Shown here: piece by piece, positions 29,163 to 37,689 of the stretch
Position numbering within the stretch: the stretch's first letter is position 1
Layout: the number at the start of each line of letters is the position of its first letter
Source: a virus
Taxonomy: Duplodnaviria > Caudoviricetes
Virus record (IMG/VR): IMGVR_UViG_3300021400_003144
Reading direction: 5' to 3' (one strand)
DNA length: 64,000 nt
Program-made: the position numbers and the translations under genes
The notes under the pieces: generated by a model
The model's database searches: none
The model's input: the letters and a program-made list of their open reading frames with translations, nothing else
What the model was told of the DNA's origin: nothing

Positions 29163-29235
29163 GAGGGTGTAGCTCAGTTGGTAGAGCAGCAGGCTTTTAA
29201 CCTGTTTGTCATGGGTTCAAAACCCGTCACCCTCA
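29163..29235 (+). tRNA. tRNA-Lys(TTT)
   Basis: gagggtg/caccctc; gcagg-cttttaa-cctgt. Confidence 0.9.
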
Positions 29236-29237
29236 TT

Positions 29238-29379
29238 TGGAAGTAGATTTTAATAATGGTCATGAACATTATTAAAATCCAGAGTAACACTTTGATTTAG
29301 CTGATTAAAGAAAGTGCTCATGTGGGTTAGAATCCTTAAGGCTTAGACATTAGCCGAAGTCCCAGTCTTGATGCTTCCA
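29238..29379 (+). ncRNA. Cloverleaf-like structured RNA
   Basis: tggaagta/tgcttcca; gattttaataatg/cattattaaaatc; T-loop-like gggttagaatcct. Confidence 0.45.
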
Positions 29380-29390
29380 TATTTAATTTT

Positions 29391-29493
29391 GGGAATATAG
29401 CTTAAAGGAGTAGAGCTTAGCAGGGGATGCCCGTCGTAAAACTTGGAGGAGACATCCAAAGAGTTGATGATAGTTCAAATCTATCTATTCCCG
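29391..29493 (+). ncRNA. tRNA-like RNA with rebuilt anticodon domain (paralog of 26898-27000)
   Basis: gggaata/tattccc; gagcttagca...gtaaaa...ttgat shared; gatag-ttcaaat-ctatc. Confidence 0.65.
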
Positions 29494-29528
29494 ATTGATA
29501 CTTGACTTCACGGGTTAAGTATCATACA

Positions 29529-29925
29529 TGTGTACATGCTTCAAAATCAAATTAATATGCGTACACAATTTTTCAGGGGGTGGACGGATACAATTTGATT
29601 AGTATGTACACATTGTAGTTGAGTGTATATAGACCATGTATGGTGGACTAGACACCTAAGATACTCTTTGGATCAAGCTATCACACAACATTGTGGTTAC
29701 TATTGCTTTCGCCACTCTAAATAAAAGTGAGCAATGACTATGTATCAACATGATACGGTGAGCTGATAGTCAATAGGACTATCCCTTCCGACTTAGGTGA
29801 TATCGGTATCCGGGCTTTCAGAGAATAGAGAAGAGGATTGAAAAGCGAGAAAGCTACGTGACTTCTCAAGCGTGGGTGGAAATCCCATTACTGGTTGTAA
29901 ATAATCCAATGTGCAGACCAGATCA
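29529..29925 (+). ncRNA. Unclassified structured RNA region
   Basis: tgtgtacatgct/agtatgtacaca hairpin, then many local stems (gatagtc/gactatc, attgct/agcaat, gagaag/cttctc); no listed ORF. Confidence 0.4.
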
Positions 29926-29965
29926 ATTAATAAAATGAGGGTTAAAATGTATGATTACAAAGACC

Positions 29966-30006
29966 TATCTACCATGGTAATGTACAGACTATGGTAGATA
30001 TTTTTT
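29966..30006 (+). terminator. Intrinsic terminator
   Basis: tatctaccatggt...actatggtagata + T run. Confidence 0.65.
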
Positions 30007-30068
30007 ATTACAAGAAGAATGGGTAAAGTGAATCAAGATTGTTAGCTTGACTATTCTACTGAATTTAT

Positions 30069-30145
30069 TTCTCAATAGCTCAGATGGGAGAGCAGTTGAC
30101 TAGCTATAAGTCAAAAGGTCGTAGGTTCGAGTCCTACTTGAGGAA
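30069..30145 (+). tRNA. tRNA-Asn-like scaffold with altered anticodon arm (central CTA)
   Basis: ttctcaa/ttgagga; ttgact-agctata-agtcaa; gtagg-ttcgagt-cctac. Confidence 0.65.
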
Positions 30146-30188
30146 TGTAGAATAGAGCTATTAAAATTTGACTATTCTAATAATATTT

Positions 30189-30259
30189 TATTGGGAACAT
30201 AGATTAAGTAAGAACCCTTATATAGGGATTAACTAACCAATTGAGCTATGCTTCCAATA
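30189..30259 (+). ncRNA. Putative small RNA antisense to tRNA 5' half (copy 2)
   Basis: tattgg/ccaata closing stem; AACCCTT..ATAGGGATTA; 30233-30255 complementary to the downstream tRNA-Asn 5' end. Confidence 0.55.
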
Positions 30260-30262
30260 TAA

Positions 30263-30336
30263 GGGAATATAGCTCAGCAGGTTAGAGCATCTGACTGTTA
30301 ATCAGAGGGTCATATGTTCAAGTCCTACTGTTCCCG
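30263..30336 (+). tRNA. tRNA-Asn(GTT), weak T stem
   Basis: tctga-ctgttaa-tcaga; T stem atatg/cctac has 2 mismatches. Confidence 0.75.
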
Positions 30337-30350
30337 TTATATACTTTAGA

Positions 30351-30380
30351 GTACTACTTATTACATAAGTAGTATTTTTT
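30351..30380 (+). terminator. Intrinsic terminator ending RNA island
   Basis: gtactacttat/ataagtagtat + T run. Confidence 0.7.
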
Positions 30381-30445
30381 ATTTTTATAGATATTCTTTT
30401 GGTAGTTAAAATAAAAAGAATATTTATTAATAGGAGGAATATACA

Positions 30446-32257
30446 ATGATTAATGAGAAAGCAGTTCAATATAATCCTTTTGAACGTAGCTTTAGAATTG
30501 TAGGCACTATATGGGATACTAATAGTCCTAAGTATGTAGATGAACCATTGGGTTATTTCTTACTAGATGAAACTAGTGTAAATATAAAGCCTTTTTCATC
30601 TACACAGGTAAAGACATTATTGAATGGGTTTAAGTTCTCTAATGCAAAACTTGAGAGTGATAAGATAGTCAATACTGAGTGCTCAATGTTCAATTTACCT
30701 AAGTTCAACAAGCAGCTTAAACCTATTGAGGACATTAGAAATATTTATCAAGTACTGTCTGAAGTAAATGTAGATGGCTCAAGCGCTGTTGGTTACAGAG
30801 TAATGGGTCCTATTTCATCTAATACAAGTGTAGCTATACTTAGTGAGGGTGAGGTTGTAAAGCTTAAAGAGACAGGTAAGGCTATACCTAATGTAAAGAT
30901 AGTAGAGTCTGGAGATAAGAAGATTGTATCAGGTATAAAAAGTTCGTTTAATACACTAACTGTAAAGAATACTAAGAGCACTGAGAAAGCTAAAGTTGAT
31001 ACATCTAATAAAGAAAAGATGCTTGCTGGGGAGAATTACAGAAAACAGCAAGCTGTAGAACATATTGAAAGGTCTGCATTAAATGTTGTTAGGTACATGG
31101 TTAGATGTAAACCTAGAGGGTCTTATGTATTATATATTCCAAAAGGTTTAAAGAAATCCTATGCAGATATACTTATGAATGAGGTATTTATACCTAGTAG
31201 AGGTTATAACTTATCTGATAATGATAAGATGATACTTAGGGATTCTTGCGAACACTTTGATAAAGTGAGTGATAGGAGCAATTGTTCATATATAAAGAAA
31301 TGTCTTGCAGCTTCAATAGCGCAGTTTGCACTTTGTAATAGTGAATACAGAGATATGATTTTTAATGAAGCTAAGAGCGTATCAAAGCTTAATGCTCACG
31401 ATAAAAATACTATTAAAATGTATTTTAAAGACTTAGCTGGCAACAAGAGATTAAGCAAAGGTCTGTTAAATATACTTGATAAGCTTGGTAGACTTGGTGT
31501 TGAAGTATTATCAGAGCGTGCATATACTGTTAGTGATAAAGATAAAGAATTTAATACAGAGGAATCTATAAATAAGCTTGGGTTTACATTTGATAAGTCT
31601 AAGAATAATACATATCTTAATACTAAGGCTAAGAGATTTAAGATTAAGTACATAGGAAATTACTTTGGGCTTATAAAGCATATAGATGCAGATGATATAA
31701 AGAGTGAAGTTCTCAATGGATATAAAGGAAAGCATTTTGGTGATGTTGCAGCAGCTATTGATATGTTGGTTCTTATAGATAAAGCTGTTGGTGTAGTTGG
31801 CGTAGGTCCAGAAGTAAGCAGGCTTAGCCTTGGTGATATAAAGAAGAGACTTGAGTTTTTAATTGTAGCAGCTAAATGCAATAAATCAGAACTTATTACA
31901 ACTAAGATAGTACCTAAGTTTAAGAAGCAGCTCATTAGAATAGGTGTTAGTGACAAGTTACTTGACAGTAATGACTTTGGTTTCTTTGGTGGTGACATTG
32001 ATTGTATGCAATACTACTTTAACTCAGGATTTAGAGCTCTGATGTATAATGAAGGAGACAGAGTTAAGCATATAAATTCTGGTAGGAAGAGTTTAAATAC
32101 ACCTATGATAGCTGACTTATTTGTTTCTTATAGGGCAGCTACTCTTGATATGGTAGTATCATCATTAAGCGGATACTTTAAAACACTTACCAAGTTATGT
32201 GGTGGTTCTGAAGAAGATTATTATGAAGCAGCATTAAAGATTAGGACATTCAGTTAA
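30446..32257 (+). CDS. Hypothetical protein; N-terminal module shared with 52459 ORF
   Basis: AGGAGG RBS; VGYRV..NVKIVESGDKKIVSGI vs VGYRL..NAKIVDKGGHKIVSSI. Confidence 0.7.
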   Translation: MINEKAVQYNPFERSFRIVGTIWDTNSPKYVDEPLGYFLLDETSVNIKPFSSTQVKTLLNGFKFSNAKLESDKIVNTECSMFNLPKFNKQLKPIEDIRNIYQVLSEVNVDGSSAVGYRVMGPISSNTSVAILSEGEVVKLKETGKAIPNVKIVESGDKKIVSGIKSSFNTLTVKNTKSTEKAKVDTSNKEKMLAGENYRKQQAVEHIERSALNVVRYMVRCKPRGSYVLYIPKGLKKSYADILMNEVFIPSRGYNLSDNDKMILRDSCEHFDKVSDRSNCSYIKKCLAASIAQFALCNSEYRDMIFNEAKSVSKLNAHDKNTIKMYFKDLAGNKRLSKGLLNILDKLGRLGVEVLSERAYTVSDKDKEFNTEESINKLGFTFDKSKNNTYLNTKAKRFKIKYIGNYFGLIKHIDADDIKSEVLNGYKGKHFGDVAAAIDMLVLIDKAVGVVGVGPEVSRLSLGDIKKRLEFLIVAAKCNKSELITTKIVPKFKKQLIRIGVSDKLLDSNDFGFFGGDIDCMQYYFNSGFRALMYNEGDRVKHINSGRKSLNTPMIADLFVSYRAATLDMVVSSLSGYFKTLTKLCGGSEEDYYEAALKIRTFS

Positions 32258-32296
32258 AGGCAATGAAATAGGGTTTTAAATAGGTTTATGTACCTA

Positions 32297-32415
32297 AGTG
32301 TATATAGAAATCAGTACATATGGAAGCTCTATGACTGGACCGACTGTTCCAGTCCAATAGCTTCCATATCTCAATAAAAGAAGATTATATACATACAAGG
32401 ATTTTAGTATACACT
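32297..32415 (+). ncRNA. RT-associated ncRNA unit 1
   Basis: Closing IR agtgtatatagaaatc/gattttagtatacact; AATCAGTACAT; 52-nt hairpin 32318-32369; conserved 37-nt 3' block. Confidence 0.75.
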
Positions 32416-32441
32416 AAATAAAAAATAGTACATGCACTATT

Positions 32442-32558
32442 TGCTAAGTAGGAATCAGTACATTAGATTCAGGTATACCTGCAACGATTGTCACAGGTCA
32501 ACCTGAATCTAATCTCAATAAAAGAAGATTATATGCATGCAAGGATTTATGCTTAGCA
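32442..32558 (+). ncRNA. RT-associated ncRNA unit 2
   Basis: Closing IR tgctaagtaggaatc/gatttatgcttagca; AATCAGTACAT; 52-nt hairpin 32462-32513; conserved 37-nt 3' block. Confidence 0.75.
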
Positions 32559-32576
32559 TTTATTAAGAGAGTAGAA

Positions 32577-33830
32577 ATGGATAAGAACAAATTTGAAGTT
32601 GAATTTAGGAATAATGAACATTGGGATGCATCTTATGAGCGTCTGATGTTGAAGAAATTAACACAAGAAGAAAAAGATGAACTGTGGAAGCTAAGTAATA
32701 TATACAAAGAAGATATAATTAGTCAGATAATGAATGGAACATATACATGGTCAATTCCTAGAAAGCTCAAGATTGCAAAGCATGAGAGCACTAAGAAGAG
32801 AATCGTTTATATGTATTCAGTTAAAGATAGATTTGTACAAGGAGTGTTATATAGAACACTTAGTGCATATTTTAAAGACAGTTTAAGTAATAACTGTTTC
32901 AGTTATAAGAGAGATGTTAGTACTTCTAGTGCTATTGATTATATAAAAGATAACAGAACAAAAGAATTGAGCTATGGTGTTAAAACTGATATACATGCTT
33001 ATTTCAATAGTGTATGCAGAGAAAAAGTAGAAAGTGCTATTGATGAAATAACAGAAGGCTGTGAAGGTCTTAATAAAACATTAAAGAATTTAATGTTAAA
33101 TGATACAGTTCTTTGGGAAGGCAAAGAAATACAAGAGTGGAAATCACTTATACCTGGAAGTCCTTTAGGAAGCTTTTTTGCTAACTGGTGTTTAAAAGAG
33201 TTGGATAGAGAGTTTGATAAGGCTGGAAAGGTATATGCAAGGTACAGTGATGATATAATTGTACTTGAAGATAGTGAAGATAAGTTAAAAGATGACATTA
33301 AGATAATACAGAGATACATAGCAGATTTAGGGTTGGAGCTTAATCCTGATAAATATAAATGGTTTAAATCTGGAGAGGACATAGATTTTCTAGGACTTAG
33401 GCTTAATGATAATGGTGTTATTGACATTTCTGACCATGCTAAGCAGAAGATGAAAAAGCAAATACACAGATGGTGTAGAAAAGGCAGAATGGAAATAGAA
33501 AGAGATGGAAAAGAGTTTAAAGATGTAGCTCGTAGAATAAATAGAAGGCTTAATAGAAAGAATTTCAAGTGCTATATTGATAATGAAGCAACATTTGGGT
33601 GGTGTGCATATGCTTTTCCTAGAATAACAACAGTAGAGTCATTAAGGGAATTGGACTTATACACTAAAGAAAGACTTAGAGCATTAAAAACTGGTAAGAA
33701 TAACAAAGCTAATTATAGGAAGATGCAGGAGGATGAGTTTAAAGACATTGGTTGGGTTAGCCTAGTTCAGCTATATTATCTATTTAAAAAAGATTTTGAT
33801 TACTATTGTGAAGTTATAGAGTTGCTATAG
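32577..33830 (+). CDS. Reverse transcriptase (group II-like / unknown-group class)
   Basis: KKRIVY..KDRFVQ, KTDIHAYFNSV, IPGSPLGSFFAN, YARYSDD, LNPDK, IDFLG, thumb GWCAYAF. Confidence 0.93.
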   Translation: MDKNKFEVEFRNNEHWDASYERLMLKKLTQEEKDELWKLSNIYKEDIISQIMNGTYTWSIPRKLKIAKHESTKKRIVYMYSVKDRFVQGVLYRTLSAYFKDSLSNNCFSYKRDVSTSSAIDYIKDNRTKELSYGVKTDIHAYFNSVCREKVESAIDEITEGCEGLNKTLKNLMLNDTVLWEGKEIQEWKSLIPGSPLGSFFANWCLKELDREFDKAGKVYARYSDDIIVLEDSEDKLKDDIKIIQRYIADLGLELNPDKYKWFKSGEDIDFLGLRLNDNGVIDISDHAKQKMKKQIHRWCRKGRMEIERDGKEFKDVARRINRRLNRKNFKCYIDNEATFGWCAYAFPRITTVESLRELDLYTKERLRALKTGKNNKANYRKMQEDEFKDIGWVSLVQLYYLFKKDFDYYCEVIELL

Positions 33831-33840
33831 AGGAAAGAAT

Positions 33841-34926
33841 ATGGACTTCTATATAATGAATAAAGACATTGAGGTAGCAATATTTAGATGTAGTTATACT
33901 TGTAATATAGAACAGATAAACATAACATATATAATAAGACAAGATTTATTACCTAAGGGATTAGTAAATGGAATGAGTCTAACTGAGTGGATTAATAGTA
34001 GATTGGCTATATCTAATAGACTAGATATAATGACTTTATTCAGAAGTATAGGGCTTAAGAATAAAGCAGATATTCTTATAGTAACTAAGGGAGTATCCTT
34101 AAATGATACTTATTGGATAAAAGAAGTTACAAATAAATCATTAAAATGGAAGAATGTATCACCTTATATAAATCCTTTAAACAGAAATATGTCTGATTAT
34201 TCTTTTGAAATCAGTAAAATAATAAAGAATATAGGCATGTCTCCTGACTTTGCTACTTCTGGTAATTTTCCTAAGTGCTGGAAGAGAATAAATGGACACA
34301 TGTATCTTATAAAGGGAGGCTCAAGATTATTTAGTAATGCTGGAAATGAAATTTATTCAGAGTTGTTATCTAGTGAGTTACTTACTAAATTAAGAATAAA
34401 TCATGTAAAATATGATTATATCAAATATAAAGGCTATGATGCCACTAAGTGTTTAAATATGTGTACTGAAGATATTGGAATATATCCATTACATCATGTA
34501 AATACTCGTGTAAATAACTTTGTTGATTTGCTTGAATACTATAAGTATGATAAAAATATCTTAGATATGTTACTGTTTGACTATTTAAGTTTAAATACAG
34601 ACAGACATTGGGGTAATATATCCGTATTTGTTAATAACAATAATCAACAGATATTAGGATTTACTCCTATATATGATAATAATTTGGCTTTTGTACCTTA
34701 TTATACAGGCAGTGAGAGATTAGAGGATTATATATGTAATAGTGAGGGAAGTCTTGTAGCTTCAGATGGAATGTCATTTGATGATTTATTTAAGCTTATA
34801 GATTGTAAGTATGTAAGAGAAAAGATAGAGTTAATCAAAGGAATTAAGCTTACATACAAGTGTAAGAGAACTGATATAGCTAATGAAGTTTTAGATATGC
34901 AGTTAAAGAAAATAAAGAGAACATGA
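33841..34926 (+). CDS. HipA/CtkA-like Ser/Thr kinase
   Basis: TSGNFPKCW, YLIKG, FDYLSLNTDRHWGN, PIYDNNLA. Confidence 0.8.
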   Translation: MDFYIMNKDIEVAIFRCSYTCNIEQINITYIIRQDLLPKGLVNGMSLTEWINSRLAISNRLDIMTLFRSIGLKNKADILIVTKGVSLNDTYWIKEVTNKSLKWKNVSPYINPLNRNMSDYSFEISKIIKNIGMSPDFATSGNFPKCWKRINGHMYLIKGGSRLFSNAGNEIYSELLSSELLTKLRINHVKYDYIKYKGYDATKCLNMCTEDIGIYPLHHVNTRVNNFVDLLEYYKYDKNILDMLLFDYLSLNTDRHWGNISVFVNNNNQQILGFTPIYDNNLAFVPYYTGSERLEDYICNSEGSLVASDGMSFDDLFKLIDCKYVREKIELIKGIKLTYKCKRTDIANEVLDMQLKKIKRT

Positions 34927-34945
34927 AAAGGAGAATAAGAACAAT

Positions 34946-35311
34946 ATGGCAGCTAAGATAAATTTATTTACATATGATATAAATAAAAGAACATTGAGTT
35001 TACGAGAGATTGAATGTATAGACCAAATTGGTTACGTACAAGTTTATGATAAGAGCTTTTATATGCCTGATATTGTAGCAGGTAGGATTATAGGTTTTGA
35101 TAATAGATTTGGAGTCAAGAGTGATAATAGCATTTATTTTTATACCTTTATAAGTGATCCAAATGAAGCTTTAAAGGTCATTGAGAAATGGATAGAAGAT
35201 GAGTATGTGTCAGCTAGAGATAATTATGAGAGGCTATCAGAAATTCATAATAACTTTGATAAAACAAAAGTAACTGTAGAAAATGATTTGGCATTTGGGT
35301 ACAATGGATGA
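34946..35311 (+). CDS. Hypothetical protein
   Basis: 121-aa ORF; ATGA overlap with methylase. Confidence 0.65.
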   Translation: MAAKINLFTYDINKRTLSLREIECIDQIGYVQVYDKSFYMPDIVAGRIIGFDNRFGVKSDNSIYFYTFISDPNEALKVIEKWIEDEYVSARDNYERLSEIHNNFDKTKVTVENDLAFGYNG

Positions 35312-36108
35312 GTCAAAGAGAGTATGAAGATAGCATGGTAAGTATTTTAAATTACATAGGGAGAATGTCTAAGATACATGTAATAGATTGTATAGGCAAG
35401 TGTGATACTTATGTTGAACCATTTGCAGGAAGTTTTAACTGTGGGATTAACTTAATAACTGATGGGTTTAAAGGTAAGACAATATTAAATGATAAAGATA
35501 CATATGTGACAAACTTCTGGAAATGTGTGAAGCAAGACCCTGAAAGGTTGTATGACTTAATAAAAGTTATTTATGACAATTATGTTGGTTTTAATGCATC
35601 TGATTTAAGTGAATTTATGAGTATAGATGACACAACAATCTATAAGATAAAAAACTATGATGATGAAGTGTTAAAATTTAGAGCAGCAGCTTATCAATAT
35701 TTATACTGTATATATTATTTGAAGAACAGAGTAAAATATGATATAAATTATAAAGAAGAGTTTATAGAGGCTTCAGATATATTTAAAAATACAGAAATAA
35801 TGAATGAGGATTATGAATATATACTTGAAAAGTATAATAAAGACAATGTATTTATTATGTTAGATCCTCCTTATGATTTAAAGTCAGTTAATAAGTTTTA
35901 TAGAAACAAGCCTAGTGAGTTCAATCATGAAAGATTGAGAGACATATTAAAACAAAGCAATAGCAGATGGGTTTGTAGATATAACTTTAGTGATTATATA
36001 AGTAGTTTATATAAAGATTGTAAGGAATTATATAAAAGAAATATATGTACTATGGCTGAAGTGTATTATACAAATATAGATGAGGATGTACATTTGATAT
36101 ACAGATAG
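35308..36108 (+). CDS. DNA adenine methyltransferase (Dam/D12 class)
   Basis: YVEPFAGS, ILND, MLDPPY, FNHERL. Confidence 0.85.
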   Translation: MSQREYEDSMVSILNYIGRMSKIHVIDCIGKCDTYVEPFAGSFNCGINLITDGFKGKTILNDKDTYVTNFWKCVKQDPERLYDLIKVIYDNYVGFNASDLSEFMSIDDTTIYKIKNYDDEVLKFRAAAYQYLYCIYYLKNRVKYDINYKEEFIEASDIFKNTEIMNEDYEYILEKYNKDNVFIMLDPPYDLKSVNKFYRNKPSEFNHERLRDILKQSNSRWVCRYNFSDYISSLYKDCKELYKRNICTMAEVYYTNIDEDVHLIYR

Positions 36109-36118
36109 GAAATAAGAA

Positions 36119-36997
36119 ATGATAGAAGGAATACCTTATTTTGGAGAAAACAATAATGAAATTATAGAAGCTATTTTAAATGCTGATTATACAAAAGTTA
36201 TTGACTATGAGTCTATCTATGATTTTATTACAGACAATATAAATAATAAAATCATAGTAGTTATAGGAGATAGGCTTACATGGTTGAATGATATTAAGTT
36301 TAATTACAGGGATAAGGAATGTTTTATACCCTATTATGATTTTAAAGTAGCTGAGTGTAATTATAGGACTTCAAATAAAGGTCATTTAATCAGAAATGAA
36401 AATAAATCTTATTTACGTTATGAATATAAACTTGAGAAATTCAGAATAGGCTTTGATGGAAATCCGGTGGGGCTGAGGTGTTATAATTTAGATACAGAGG
36501 ATAGTTTCCAAATTAGTTTGAAAAAATGGATAAAAAATGAAGAAGAGATAGACTTTGAGAAGTTATATAAGCTGTATGTAGAATCAAGTTACAATGAAGA
36601 TAATTTCTTGGTTAACAAGCATGCTGGTGGGTATCACTATATAATGAGAAGCCCTGATAATAAATTTAAGAACGTGGAAAGAAAGCTTAGGGAAGAATAT
36701 GAGCTTAATGATTATTCACCTGAGCATAAAATAGAAAAAGATTACAGAGATGTTCGTAAGTATAAGTACAGCGAGGTTTTAGTAAAGTACGGATTTCTTG
36801 ATAGTACAGAGCTGTATAGAGAAAGACGACTCAGATTTGAGAGTTATTTATATTGTTTAATACATGGTGGTAAGCTGAATAATTTAAAGTTTAAAAATGG
36901 TATACATAAGATAGGAAAAGGTGACATTAAGTTAATAATTAAAGACTATTGGATTTTAGATAAAGACAGACCTAATAAGACTTGGGTTAGAGGTTAG
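36119..36997 (+). CDS. Hypothetical protein
   Basis: 292-aa ORF, last gene before terminator. Confidence 0.65.
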   Translation: MIEGIPYFGENNNEIIEAILNADYTKVIDYESIYDFITDNINNKIIVVIGDRLTWLNDIKFNYRDKECFIPYYDFKVAECNYRTSNKGHLIRNENKSYLRYEYKLEKFRIGFDGNPVGLRCYNLDTEDSFQISLKKWIKNEEEIDFEKLYKLYVESSYNEDNFLVNKHAGGYHYIMRSPDNKFKNVERKLREEYELNDYSPEHKIEKDYRDVRKYKYSEVLVKYGFLDSTELYRERRLRFESYLYCLIHGGKLNNLKFKNGIHKIGKGDIKLIIKDYWILDKDRPNKTWVRG

Positions 36998-37006
36998 AGA
37001 GTGTAG

Positions 37007-37040
37007 AGGGAGGTAGATAATCTATCTTCCTTTATTTTAT
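37007..37040 (+). terminator. Intrinsic terminator ending RT gene cluster
   Basis: agggaggtaga/tctatcttcct + T-rich tail. Confidence 0.65.
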
Positions 37041-37149
37041 GCTATATAGCGTATATAAGTGTATAAAGATTTGGAAGTTTGAGAAGTTCAGGGTTTGACT
37101 TTTGAATTTAAAATGAGAAGCAGTTAGATTTATTAAGGAGAATAAAATA

Positions 37150-37413
37150 ATGAGAATGTATTCAGTTGAAGTTATAAGAACTAAAGATAGGATGTCTGTT
37201 GCTCAGTCAGGTATGATGGAGGCTAGAACTCCTAAAGAAGCTGTTATAGCAGTTATGAAAGATAAAGGACTTGTAGTAAAGTCAGATGATATTGACCTTT
37301 CAACTAAGGCAAGCATATATGCATGTAAGGTTTGTTTATTAGGTGGGGCTAGAGAGTCAGTTAGATATTTGAACATACATAGAGTAAAGGTAAGTTCTAA
37401 TTTAATTAGCTGA
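37150..37413 (+). CDS. Hypothetical protein
   Basis: 87 aa, AAGGAG RBS. Confidence 0.65.
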   Translation: MRMYSVEVIRTKDRMSVAQSGMMEARTPKEAVIAVMKDKGLVVKSDDIDLSTKASIYACKVCLLGGARESVRYLNIHRVKVSSNLIS

Positions 37414-37424
37414 GGGTAAATATT

Positions 37425-37664
37425 ATGAGTATAGATTATGAAGTACAAGCTGAAAAATGGGCTGAGCAGTATGGAATAGTAACATATAAAGTAAAAGGTA
37501 GATTCATGACATATCATCAAAACTACATTGAAGATGTACGTGTAGCTAATAGATATGAGAAGAGACCAGTAACTTATAAGAGGGTGATTGACTTAGATAA
37601 AATGGTTACTGTTGAAAATACAATGTTATCAAGATTACAAAAAGATGGCTGGGATAATGTCTAA
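37425..37664 (+). CDS. Hypothetical protein
   Basis: 79 aa, GAGG RBS. Confidence 0.6.
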   Translation: MSIDYEVQAEKWAEQYGIVTYKVKGRFMTYHQNYIEDVRVANRYEKRPVTYKRVIDLDKMVTVENTMLSRLQKDGWDNV

Positions 37665-37689
37665 GGTTTAGAGAGGTCAAGTAAGATTT

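Noticed and set aside
24700-30400. rRNA operon
   Set aside because: The promoters look rRNA-like, but no 16S/23S/5S conserved sequence was seen.
32297-32558. CRISPR array upstream of RT
   Set aside because: Only two units, the variable parts are self-complementary hairpins with closing stems, and no cas genes are in the window.
32577-33830. Group II intron, DGR or classical retron
   Set aside because: No intron domain V/VI after the ORF (next gene starts 10 nt later). No TR/VR pair with A-specific mismatches or avd gene seen. No NAxxH/VTG retron motifs.
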